A DNA stretch of 64,000 nt from Patescibacteria group bacterium (lineage in GTDB: Bacteria; Patescibacteriota; Patescibacteriia; Magasanikbacterales; GWA2-37-8): assembly GCA_041649475.1 (NCBI GenBank), contig JBAZNA010000001.1, positions 197,022 to 261,021 of the forward strand, read 5' to 3'. How positions within the stretch are numbered: the first letter of the stretch is position 1; every line of letters starts with the position of its first letter. The notes beneath the pieces are model-generated. The model was not told where the DNA came from and ran no database searches. It saw only the letters and a list, made by a program, of their open reading frames with translations. Both the position numbers and the translations under genes were made by a program. Shown piece by piece: positions 55,839-64,000 of this stretch.

Positions 55839-56504
55839 ATGGCGACCGCAAAACAGATTCCGTTTTTGATGGGAAGGTTGGTGGAGCATCAGTTTTACTT
55901 CTGTGCTTTGTCCACCGCAAGCGCCACGTGGGCGAGCCAAAACCCGAAAGACGCCATTGCCTTGTGCGTGGCGGCGATCGAGAATCGCCAAAAGGAGCGT
56001 CAGTCCGACCCGGCGCCTTCGCCACTCCTCACCTTGGTCGGTGCCGTCGTGATCTGGCTGGCCGTGAGGTTCGTTGCCAGTGAACACCTGGTGAAGAATA
56101 CCGAGAAGAACGCGCCGGTGAAGATTTCCTACATCTTCGATAAGGTCACCGTGTGGTTCCAGGGCAAGATCGAGGAGCGGGTCGAGGGCGAGATGGCTCT
56201 GTGCTGCCATACCCTGAACTCCGACTCGGACGATAACCTCATCATCAACCAGCTCGGCGGCGAGACCAAGGCCGAGACCGCCCTTGCCGAGGTCTTTGCC
56301 TGCTTGGAGAAGCAACCCAACGGCGAGGATGGTGCGCTACTCACTAACGGCCACGCGAACATCTTCTATGTTCGCAACACCGAAGGTGTGTTGTGCGTGA
56401 TCCAAGTGATCTGGCGCGGTGACGGTTGGACCTTCTACACCCGTTCGGTCGGTTCTCTGGACACATGTACCGAGGGCCGCCGGGTGTTCTCCCGCGCCGC
56501 ATAG
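55839..56504 (+). CDS. hypothetical protein, GC-rich cassette G (221 aa)
   Basis: GC-rich coding sequence with its own promoter and ribosome-binding site, followed by an intrinsic terminator. No recognisable domain. There is one hydrophobic segment (LLTLVGAVVIWLAV). Confidence 0.55.
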   Translation: MATAKQIPFLMGRLVEHQFYFCALSTASATWASQNPKDAIALCVAAIENRQKERQSDPAPSPLLTLVGAVVIWLAVRFVASEHLVKNTEKNAPVKISYIFDKVTVWFQGKIEERVEGEMALCCHTLNSDSDDNLIINQLGGETKAETALAEVFACLEKQPNGEDGALLTNGHANIFYVRNTEGVLCVIQVIWRGDGWTFYTRSVGSLDTCTEGRRVFSRAA

Positions 56505-56523
56505 TTTGTTCCTTCCTTCCAAG

Positions 56524-56558
56524 CGCCCCGCCTGTCAGATGGTGGGGCATTTTTTTAT
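56524..56558 (+). terminator. intrinsic terminator gccccgcctgtcagatggtggggc + T8
   Basis: 5-bp GC stem, a long loop and catttttttat. Confidence 0.6.
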
Positions 56559-56565
56559 CCAAATC

Positions 56566-56594
56566 TTGACAAAACCCCTCATTTGTGCTATAGT
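56566..56594 (+). promoter_or_regulatory. consensus-like promoter TTGACA -17- TATAGT for rnpB
   Basis: ttgaca aaacccctcatttgtgc tatagt, lying about 7 nt upstream of the RNase P RNA 5' end. Confidence 0.6.
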
Positions 56595-56600
56595 TAACCC

Positions 56601-56994
56601 ATTCATAGCGGATGATCGAGCCGACTTAGTCGGCTAGGAAAGTCCGAACACCCAAGATGGCAGTGGGTAACGCCCACCGCTACGGTGGCAACGCCGTGGT
56701 TGGGAAAGTGGCACAGAGACAATTCTAACCCCGACAAGCTCGGGGTAAAAGGTGAAAAGTGTATGGGGGATTTGGTTCTCGAGACCAAAGCTACTATACT
56801 CGGCTGATAGCAATATCAGTTCGTGCTAAACCCTGCCTGGTGCAAGAGCAGCGTTTCGCGGCGCAAAACCGCGGTTCGAAAAGTTCGCTCGCTAGAACGC
56901 GTTAGCAATAACGCGTCCAGATAAATGATCGTCACCTCGCCCCATTTTTAAACAAAATGGTGCGGAGCACAAAATTCGGCTTATAGCTATGAAT
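56601..56994 (+). ncRNA. rnpB: RNase P RNA (bacterial type A)
   Basis: P1 pairing ttcatagc/gctatgaa. P2 gagccga...tcggctt and a P3 hairpin ccgacttagtcgg. P4 5' strand AGGAAAGTCCG and 3' strand ACAAAATTCGGCTTA. Conserved GGGTAACGCC, GTGGCACAGAGACAAT and GGTAAAAGGTGAAAAGTG blocks match the E. coli M1 RNA pattern. Confidence 0.8.
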
Positions 56995-56995
56995 A

Positions 56996-57026
56996 AAAAA
57001 GACGACCCGCAAGGGCCGTCTTTTAA
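56996..57026. terminator. bidirectional intrinsic terminator (gacgacccgcaagggccgtc) flanked by A6 and T4
   Basis: aaaaaagacgacccgcaagggccgtctttt. It ends rnpB (+) and the convergent 57040-58578 gene (-). Confidence 0.65.
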
Positions 57027-57039
57027 TATATCCGCGGAT

Positions 57040-58578
57040 TTATGATGTTCCCGGCGCCATCGTTGGTTGCTGTTGCATCATCGGCTGTTGTGGTTGTTGT
57101 GGCATGTATTGTTGCATTCCCTGCGGCATTTGTACTTGTTTAAATTGTTGCGGCCCTTGTTCCCAAGGCATTATTTCTCCTTCTTGTCCGGTCAGTTCAT
57201 TAACCTTATTGCCAAAATCCTGTCTTAAATTTTCTAAGTCATCCAGGGCTGATGTAATCGTATCAACATCATAATTTTTACTCGCAATCAAATCTTTTAT
57301 TTCCTGTCCTTTTACTTTTATTTCATCCAGAATTGGTACAAGTTCGGATGTGTCTATCTTCTTTTTCTTTAATTGATTGATTGTTTGTTGCGCTTGATTG
57401 ACACTTTGTTTAAAGGTGGAATTGAAACTGCCCAGGTTACCCATCATCATTATAATCTGGTCATTCTGCATTATGTCATCCATTTGGCCGAAGAAATCAT
57501 TTTCCACGGTATCAAACGCGCCCTGTGAATCATCGGTGGCCATTTTGCTTACCGCGTCCGCTTTAACCGCTTTGAGTTTATTAACCGCCTCTTCAAATGC
57601 GTTGTAAACACTTTGGATGTCTATGCCCTTCTTAACTAATTTATCAGTGATTTGTTTGGCGCGTTTGAGCTCACGGGTAAGCATGGTGAGCTGTTTGTCC
57701 ATCTGTTTTAAGGTTTGCGGCCAGCGAGCCAGCATCTCCAGTGTCTGACGGTCTTGGTTTAAATTTTCCATTGCTTCAGACATTGAATTGAAATCAATAT
57801 CATTCAACTGATCGGCGGTGGTCGCGTTTTTTATACTGTTAATAATATTCCTTAGGTTAAGAATATTTTCTTGGGTGTTGGTCGGAATGGATATTTTTTG
57901 TTTTTGGAATTTGGCCACTTGTTTTTCAAACATATTAAGCTGCGATTCCATGCCTTTGATATTTCGTTTCATGTCCTGCAATCTTTGGTTTGCCTGAAAA
58001 ACATCCTGCCTATATTGGTCTAAGGATTGTGACAGATCCTGCATCTCGCCCATATCAACATTTTGCATTTCTTCCATGGTGCTCACATTGGAAGCGGCCG
58101 CGACCAAATCTTTTAATTTAACCAAATTTTGTTTGATATCATCCGGTACGGTGATTCCGCTTTTCTCCGATTGGGCTATCATCCGGTCGTATTCTTTAAT
58201 GGATCGTTGCAGTTGTTTTATACTATTTTTTATTTGTTTAAGCTGTTGTTCCGGACTTGGACCATAATTCGGTTGTTGCGGCGGCTGTTGTGGGGGTTGT
58301 GGTTGTGGCTGTGGTTGTGGCTGTGGTTCAGGACCCGGCTGTTGCGGGCCAGGGTTGGGCTCCGGAGATGGTTGAGGTGGAGTCGGGGGAGTTGGTTCGG
58401 GGGGAGCCGGAGCAATGACTTGTTGCTCTTCCGCTGAAGTATTGTTGGTGCCTAGCGTGCTTAAAAAGTTTTTTAATATTTGCGGAAGTTCTATATAAAA
58501 AGCTTTGGCTGGCATGGCAAATGAAAAAGTCACGGCCATGGCCACGGTTAGAATAGAAATGTTTATTATTTTTTTCAT
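57040..58578 (-). CDS. hypothetical secreted protein with a Pro/Gln-rich low-complexity region and coiled coils
   Basis: Signal peptide, then a (PQ)n/PEP-rich region, a long coiled-coil body and a Q/P/M-rich C-terminus, 512 aa. Confidence 0.5.
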   Translation of the reverse strand: MKKIINISILTVAMAVTFSFAMPAKAFYIELPQILKNFLSTLGTNNTSAEEQQVIAPAPPEPTPPTPPQPSPEPNPGPQQPGPEPQPQPQPQPQPPQQPPQQPNYGPSPEQQLKQIKNSIKQLQRSIKEYDRMIAQSEKSGITVPDDIKQNLVKLKDLVAAASNVSTMEEMQNVDMGEMQDLSQSLDQYRQDVFQANQRLQDMKRNIKGMESQLNMFEKQVAKFQKQKISIPTNTQENILNLRNIINSIKNATTADQLNDIDFNSMSEAMENLNQDRQTLEMLARWPQTLKQMDKQLTMLTRELKRAKQITDKLVKKGIDIQSVYNAFEEAVNKLKAVKADAVSKMATDDSQGAFDTVENDFFGQMDDIMQNDQIIMMMGNLGSFNSTFKQSVNQAQQTINQLKKKKIDTSELVPILDEIKVKGQEIKDLIASKNYDVDTITSALDDLENLRQDFGNKVNELTGQEGEIMPWEQGPQQFKQVQMPQGMQQYMPQQPQQPMMQQQPTMAPGTS

Positions 58579-58591
58579 AAGGTTTAGTTTT

Positions 58592-59539
58592 TTATTTGAC
58601 CCCGGATTGGTCCAGGGCAGTACGGATAATTTGAGCCGACCTTTTAAATTTTTTTAATTCTTCATTGTTTAATTTTATATCCAGCACTTTTTTTATGCCG
58701 GTGCGGCCAACTGTGCTGGGCAAAGAGATACAGACATCTTTTACGCCATATTGTCCGCTCATTAGGGAAGAAACCGAGTAAGCATGATCTTCGTCATTTA
58801 TAATTGATTTAACAATGCGGGCAACAGCGGCGGCGATTCCATAGTAGGTGGCGCCTTTTTTACGGATAATTTCCTGGGCTGAGTCCCTGGTTCGGGTATA
58901 AGCGGCGGCAACTGTTTTTTTATCGTATTTAGGCAGGGAAGCAATATTTTCTCCCATAACATTGGCATGGGAATAAACCGGCACTTCGCTGTCGCCATGT
59001 TCGCCGATTAAATACGCGCCCATGCTATGCGGGTCAACATTGAATTTTTTTGCCAATAAATAGCGGAAACGGGAAGAATCCAAAGTTGTGCCGGTGCCAA
59101 AGACCTGGTTTTTTGGGAATTTTGAAACTTTTAACGCGGTATAGGTCAAAACGTCCAAGGGATTTGTGACCATCAGAATAATGGCGTCTTTAGTATATTT
59201 GCAGACATTCTTTACTACTTCGGTAATAATTTTGACATTTGTTTTTGCCAATTCCAGTCGGGTTTGGCCCGGTTTTTGGTTTATACCGGCGGCAATCACC
59301 ACCACATCGGCGTCTTTACAATCTTTATAGTCGCCGGCCCAAACGTGGGAGTCCGGCGCAAAGGAAATGGCATGTTCTATGTCCAGCGCCTCGCCTTCAC
59401 ATTTCTTTTTGTTTACGTCAATCAAGACAATTTCCGAAGCTACGCCTTCAATCATCATAGTGTAGGCGGCGGTTGAGCCGACAAAACCCGTGCCGATTAC
59501 CACCACGCGGGTTGACTCCATTTTTTTTGGTTTGGGCAT
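58592..59539 (-). CDS. ldh: L-lactate dehydrogenase (LDH/MDH family)
   Basis: Rossmann motif VVVIGTGFVGS and the catalytic IGEHGDS region, 315 aa. Confidence 0.8.
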   Translation of the reverse strand: MPKPKKMESTRVVVIGTGFVGSTAAYTMMIEGVASEIVLIDVNKKKCEGEALDIEHAISFAPDSHVWAGDYKDCKDADVVVIAAGINQKPGQTRLELAKTNVKIITEVVKNVCKYTKDAIILMVTNPLDVLTYTALKVSKFPKNQVFGTGTTLDSSRFRYLLAKKFNVDPHSMGAYLIGEHGDSEVPVYSHANVMGENIASLPKYDKKTVAAAYTRTRDSAQEIIRKKGATYYGIAAAVARIVKSIINDEDHAYSVSSLMSGQYGVKDVCISLPSTVGRTGIKKVLDIKLNNEELKKFKRSAQIIRTALDQSGVK

Positions 59540-59544
59540 AAAAA

Positions 59545-59575
59545 AAGCATTATATTATTATAATGCCTTTATTAT
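59545..59575 (-). terminator. intrinsic terminator of rnj (gcattatattattataatgc + T7)
   Basis: Reverse strand: aaaggcattataataatataatgcttttttt. Confidence 0.55.
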
Positions 59576-59588
59576 ACAGGATTTATTC

Positions 59589-61373
59589 CTATACCTCAAT
59601 AACTACCGGCAGCACCATCGGACGTTTCTCGGTCTTGCTGAATAGGAACTGACCGACGTAATCGCGGATTTTGTTCCGGATATAATTGGTGTCTGCCCAA
59701 GACAGGGGATCAGAATCAATCACCAGCTTTTTTACGCGGTGGCGCAGATCCTCAATTAGTTCTTTATTCTCTTTTAAGAACACGAACCCGCGCGAGATGA
59801 TGTCAGGGTTTTGAATCAGTTTGCCGGTTTTGCTGTCAACGGTTGCAATAATTACAATCATTCCGTCTTCAGCCAATACCTGCCGGTCGCGCAAGACAAT
59901 GTTGGTTTCATCGCTTACGCCGAGCCCGTCAACGAACACATAATCAGCCGGCAGTTTTGTGGAAGTCATTTTACCGCTGCCATGCGAGAATTCAATCACT
60001 TGTCCGTTATCGGCAATGAAAATGTTTTCTTTGGGGAAACCCATCGACTGGGCGACTTTTGCATTGTAATGCAGTAAGAAGTGATTGCCTTCAATTGGAA
60101 TGAAGTATTTCGGATTTATCAACCTGATCATCAGTTTTACGTCATCAGATTTGGCATGGCCGCCGGCATGGACGTCCATCATTTGATAATGGATAACTTC
60201 CGCGCCTTTTCTAAACAGCGTGTCTTTCAAACGTTGGACAGTTCTTTCATTTCCCGGAATAACTGACGAAGAGAAAACAACCGTGTCGCCCGGGGTCAGA
60301 CGGATAAACCGGTGTTCGCCGCTCGCAATACGCATTAGCGATGCATTTTTTTCTCCCTGCGCGCCGGTGCAGATTATCACCACTTTGTTATCCGGATAAT
60401 CGCTGACTTTGTTTAGGTCAATTAAGGTTTTGGGAGAAAACTGCATGTAGCCGAGCTCTTTGGCTATGCCGACATTGCTTTTCATGCTGAAGCCGTCAAG
60501 CGCAACTATTTTACCCAGCTTTTCCGATATTTCAATAATCTGTTTGATACGGGAAAGCAGGGAAGAGAAAGTACCGATGATTAATCGTCCCGGCGCCTTG
60601 GAGATGATTTCATCCAGGTTGGTGCCGATTTCCATTTCGGAAATCTGGTGTCCGGGCTGGGAGGCATTGGTGCTGTCGCTTAAGAGTGCGAGCACACCTT
60701 GAGAGCCGATGCGGGCAATTTTCTGTAAGTCCGCCGGCTGTTCGCCTGATGGCTGATAATCAAATTTCCAATCGCCGGTGTGAACAATGACGCCCTCCGG
60801 AGTGTGGATCACCACACCCATTGAATCGGGAATATTGTGGTTTAAGTGGAAAAATTCCAACTCAAAACTTCCCAGCGTCAGTTTGTCATCAACGTTTAAA
60901 TTATTAATGTTGAGCGGGCGCAGGCCTTTGTAATCCTCTTGTCGCTTTTTGATAATCGCGTTGGTGAGCGGCAAGGCGTAAATCGGCGGGTATCCCAGTT
61001 GCGGAATCAAATGGGGGATGCCGCCGATATGGTCATAGTGGGCGTGCGTGATGATAACGCCGCGAATATGTTTTTCTTTGCCTTTGAGATAGCTCATGTT
61101 TGGAATGATGTAATCAATCCCGGGCATGTCTTCTTCGGGGAACTGCAAGCCCATGTCAATGATGATAATATCGCCATTGTATTCCAAAAGCGTGCAGTTG
61201 CGTCCGACTTCTTCCAGGCCGCCCAGCACGGCGATTTTTAATTTTGTTTCATCGCCGCGAAAGCGCGCGAAAGACGGGCCTCTTGGGGCCGGAACCGGTT
61301 GTCTGGGTCTTGCGTCCGTGTGATACGTCCGCTTGCCCCTACTGGATTTTTGTGTTTGTGTGTATCTGATCAT
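59589..61373 (-). CDS. rnj: ribonuclease J (beta-CASP metallo-beta-lactamase RNase)
   Basis: MBL motif ITHAHYDHIGG, a beta-CASP region and an RNase J C-terminal domain. An Arg/Lys-rich N-terminal extension precedes the MBL core, 594 aa. Confidence 0.85.
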   Translation of the reverse strand: MIRYTQTQKSSRGKRTYHTDARPRQPVPAPRGPSFARFRGDETKLKIAVLGGLEEVGRNCTLLEYNGDIIIIDMGLQFPEEDMPGIDYIIPNMSYLKGKEKHIRGVIITHAHYDHIGGIPHLIPQLGYPPIYALPLTNAIIKKRQEDYKGLRPLNINNLNVDDKLTLGSFELEFFHLNHNIPDSMGVVIHTPEGVIVHTGDWKFDYQPSGEQPADLQKIARIGSQGVLALLSDSTNASQPGHQISEMEIGTNLDEIISKAPGRLIIGTFSSLLSRIKQIIEISEKLGKIVALDGFSMKSNVGIAKELGYMQFSPKTLIDLNKVSDYPDNKVVIICTGAQGEKNASLMRIASGEHRFIRLTPGDTVVFSSSVIPGNERTVQRLKDTLFRKGAEVIHYQMMDVHAGGHAKSDDVKLMIRLINPKYFIPIEGNHFLLHYNAKVAQSMGFPKENIFIADNGQVIEFSHGSGKMTSTKLPADYVFVDGLGVSDETNIVLRDRQVLAEDGMIVIIATVDSKTGKLIQNPDIISRGFVFLKENKELIEDLRHRVKKLVIDSDPLSWADTNYIRNKIRDYVGQFLFSKTEKRPMVLPVVIEV

Positions 61374-61426
61374 ATATATTAATGAATTAAGAAGCCAAAA
61401 TATAATTTTGGAGTTTATTTAAATTG

Positions 61427-61508
61427 TGGGCGAGGAGGGATTTGAACCCTCATGACCGAAGTCATACGCTTCTGAGACGTACGCGTATACCAATTCCGCC
61501 ACTCGCCC
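61427..61508 (-). tRNA. tRNA-Leu (anticodon CAG), class II with long variable arm
   Basis: The reverse complement has acceptor GGGCGAG/CTCGCCC, anticodon loop CTCAGAA, a variable-arm hairpin tgacttcggtca and T-arm GAGGG-TTCAAAT-CCCTC. There is no encoded CCA. Confidence 0.8.
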
Positions 61509-61513
61509 TGAAG

Positions 61514-63415
61514 TTAGTTAAATTTCCAATGCCTGGTGGTTTTGATGTACCAGTTATTTAGATCATTATATCTGTCTGACGGTGAAACGATTTTATCTAA
61601 ATTTATTCCCCGCACTTCTTTGCTCACCGTGAAAGTGTAACTGGGTGTATACAAGAAGACAGCCGGAACGTCTTTGTTTAATGTGTTTTGAAAATCAGTA
61701 TACAAACTGGCGCGCTTACTGTCGTCTGTGGTTGATCTGGCCTCTTCAAGTATCTTATCAGCGCTCCTGTTGGAATACAAGGCCAAATTAAGACCCGGAT
61801 AATCAACTTGTGAGGAGTGCCAAAATGGATACGGATCCGGATCACCGCCAACTATTTCTCCATAGAGAATAACTTGATAATTGCGGTCTTTAATATTTGT
61901 TTTGGCAATTTCATGGCTGTCAACGTATTCTATTTTGGTTTGCACGCCAATGGCCTGCCACATTTTGGCTATGGACTCCGCGGCCTGATGATATTCCGGA
62001 GTGTCGGCTGTGGTAATCGTCAGTGTTAAAATATTGTTATTTTTATCTTCCCGGTAAAACGCCTGGCCGCTGTCCATTTCCTGGCGCGCCGCGTCGCCGA
62101 CTTCCTTTTGAATCTGTTCTATAGAAGAAGTGGCGTCCAGAGTTGTGGTTGAGGCGCGAATGTCATCTATTTCTGTCTGTCTGGTTTTAAGCAGGGCGTT
62201 ATATTTTAATTTGTAATAATCCTCCGGTTGGATGCGCTTCCATTTTTTATCCAGCAGGGTATTGGCCTTATCTATATCAAAAGCAATTGATTGTATTTTG
62301 TTGGAGAAGCCGACTTGACCGCGCAAAATCGGTGAATTTATTACTTCGCCATTGCCGCCCGTGGCGTCACTGGCAACTTTGTCTTTATTTATAGCCAGAG
62401 CCAAAGCATTTCGCAGGTCGCTATCCTGCAGATCAGCAGCAAAATTTTGGTTGAAAAATAAAGCGGTATATTGGGGCAATTGCAGTTTATGAAGTTCAAA
62501 ATTTTTATTGCCGATTTTATCGGCCAAATCCTGCGGAATGAAACTCAAAGCCATTATGTCCTGGCCCTTTAGAGCGCTGGCCGCTTGCGTGTAATCGGTA
62601 TAAAATTTAAAAGTGATTGTCTTCAGGTATGGCTGTTTTTGGTAATAATATTTGTTATGGACCAAAACATAATCTTGCAGATTGCCGTTTGAATCTTTTA
62701 TTAATTTATCAAACATCCACGGTCCGGTGCCTACCGGCTGTAGATTTTGTTGAGCCAGCTTAATGCTTGCCGGAGGGACATCCGACCAGGTGTGCTGGGG
62801 CAAAATGCCGACAGTCAAACTGCTTAAGAATGGCGCGTAAGGATTTTTTAAAATAAAGCGTATGGAATAATCGCCGGTTTTTTCAATCTGCACTCCCTGA
62901 AAAGCAGGATAGAGCGGGCTGTTTACTTCCGGATTTTCAATTGTTTCAAAAGTAAACAATACGTCATCGGCCGTAAAATTTTCACCGTCAGACCAGTGAA
63001 TATTTTGTTTTAAATTTATATCGTAAATTTTTCCGTCGGCGCTGATTTTATAATCAGTGGCCAGATCAGCGACCAGATTTTGGTTGTTGTCGTATTTGAA
63101 AAGTCCGGAGTAGATCAAATAGGTGATATCGGCGTCTACGTCATCGGTTGAGGAAAAGACCGGATTTATAAATTGCGGCTGGCCGATCAGACCCTCGCTG
63201 TAATCTCCGCCGGAGGCGGGGACGATGGTGTTGTTGTTGATAAAGAGTAGAACCACAAACGCGGCGAGGGCGCAAACCATCATCAGGGACATCAGTAAGA
63301 TAATTTTTTTCTCAAATTTTGTTAAAAACCGCGGCAAGTATTTTAGTTGCGCGAAGTTGGGAAAAAAATGATGCCTAACCCGCTTGAGTAACTTTTTGTC
63401 AAGATCCGAGTTCAT
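61514..63415 (-). CDS. ABC transporter substrate-binding protein (family 5, peptide/oligopeptide type)
   Basis: 633 aa with an N-terminal membrane anchor. The SBP_bac_5-like sequence is recognised by general similarity, which is moderate support. Confidence 0.65.
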   Translation of the reverse strand: MNSDLDKKLLKRVRHHFFPNFAQLKYLPRFLTKFEKKIILLMSLMMVCALAAFVVLLFINNNTIVPASGGDYSEGLIGQPQFINPVFSSTDDVDADITYLIYSGLFKYDNNQNLVADLATDYKISADGKIYDINLKQNIHWSDGENFTADDVLFTFETIENPEVNSPLYPAFQGVQIEKTGDYSIRFILKNPYAPFLSSLTVGILPQHTWSDVPPASIKLAQQNLQPVGTGPWMFDKLIKDSNGNLQDYVLVHNKYYYQKQPYLKTITFKFYTDYTQAASALKGQDIMALSFIPQDLADKIGNKNFELHKLQLPQYTALFFNQNFAADLQDSDLRNALALAINKDKVASDATGGNGEVINSPILRGQVGFSNKIQSIAFDIDKANTLLDKKWKRIQPEDYYKLKYNALLKTRQTEIDDIRASTTTLDATSSIEQIQKEVGDAARQEMDSGQAFYREDKNNNILTLTITTADTPEYHQAAESIAKMWQAIGVQTKIEYVDSHEIAKTNIKDRNYQVILYGEIVGGDPDPYPFWHSSQVDYPGLNLALYSNRSADKILEEARSTTDDSKRASLYTDFQNTLNKDVPAVFLYTPSYTFTVSKEVRGINLDKIVSPSDRYNDLNNWYIKTTRHWKFN

Positions 63416-63438
63416 TGAAGAAGATTTAAAATTGAGTT

Positions 63439-63705
63439 TTATAAGGCGAGGCGCAGTAAGGAAACGCCAAAGAAAATTATGGAAATAACAATCGTGCCGG
63501 TATGAAGAATTTTATCAACCCCCCGTTTGGTGCTGTAGATGTTGCTTGAACCGCCGAACACCCCGCCCAGTCCGGTGCCTTTTTGCTGGATAAGAATAAC
63601 CGCCACTAAGAAAGCCGCTAGAATGATTTGAATGATGTTAAAAAAAGTGTCCATAGAAGTATTAAATGATGTATACAGTATATCACTAATTTGGAAATTT
63701 GTCAA
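63439..63705 (-). CDS. secG: preprotein translocase subunit SecG
   Basis: Two transmembrane helices with the conserved LIQQKGTGLGG loop. The true start may be the internal MDTFFNII methionine (63654). Confidence 0.75.
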   Translation of the reverse strand: MTNFQISDILYTSFNTSMDTFFNIIQIILAAFLVAVILIQQKGTGLGGVFGGSSNIYSTKRGVDKILHTGTIVISIIFFGVSLLRLAL

Positions 63706-63782
63706 TGTTACGGTGGAGATCTTGTATTTTTACTCATTTGTATGTATAATACCGCAAATGCAAACATAACCTCTTCTTTAAT

Positions 63783-64000
63783 ATGGCAGACACCAACGGC
63801 ATAAATTTAAAATGGTATCAAAAGTGGTGGGGAGTATCGCTTATAGGTTTGATTGGTTTGGTGTCTGTAGCTTTAATTGTTTTCTTGGCTTTAACCGGTA
63901 AATATTGGTGGGATATCAAGCATGGCAAAGCAGAATTTTTAGCTCAAACCTTCTATTCTGGTTTTGCCAAGTCAACCTCAATTGCGGGTAACTCTAAAAT
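63783..64000 (+). CDS. hypothetical membrane protein (5' part, truncated by window edge)
   Basis: The ATG at 63783 is preceded by tgtaTGTATAAT (extended -10). One predicted transmembrane helix. The ORF runs off the window end. Confidence 0.35.
   Translation, partial: MADTNGINLKWYQKWWGVSLIGLIGLVSVALIVFLALTGKYWWDIKHGKAEFLAQTFYSGFAKSTSIAGNSK

Noticed and set aside
1-64000. CRISPR arrays, transposases, integrases and prophage genes
   Set aside because: No array of direct repeats with spacers was seen, and no DDE or tyrosine-recombinase-like ORF. The GC-rich cassettes are not flanked by recognisable inverted or direct repeats.

Overview
This 64 kb window is a compact, gene-dense bacterial chromosome segment, roughly 35-45% GC by hand counts. 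Its gene content looks like a small-genome Gram-positive-type or Patescibacteria/CPR-like organism. Recognisable genes include pheS, pheT, dnaE, tsaD, infB, trxA, leuS, thrS, miaB, miaA, truB, rny, rnj, ldh, hup, secG, htpX, lemA and rseP. There is a sortase with an LPXTG substrate, one type IV pilin, a ComEC-like pair, and a GT4 / priming sugar-transferase glycan locus. RNA genes found by eye are tRNA-Met(CAT), tRNA-Glu(TTC), tRNA-Leu(CAG) and a type-A RNase P RNA (rnpB) with its own promoter and terminator. The main anomaly is seven short single-gene cassettes (A-G) with coding sequence of roughly 60-65% GC, dropped into intergenic gaps of this AT-rich backbone. Five have near-consensus TTGACA-17-TAnnnT promoters. 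All have AGGAGG-type ribosome-binding sites, and most have intrinsic terminators. One is fused to the 3' end of a tRNA-Met gene, and one is translationally coupled behind an FAD oxidoreductase. None of the seven proteins is recognisable to me. The GC shift starts and ends almost exactly at the CDS boundaries, while promoters and leaders look host-like. That pattern fits very recent horizontal acquisition or an engineered or chimeric origin, and I cannot tell these apart from sequence alone. Other notable items are a GC-rich structured about 67-nt core nested inside the loop of the trxA terminator, and a very AT-rich membrane-protein gene inserted antisense between miaB and miaA. No CRISPR array, transposase or integrase was seen.
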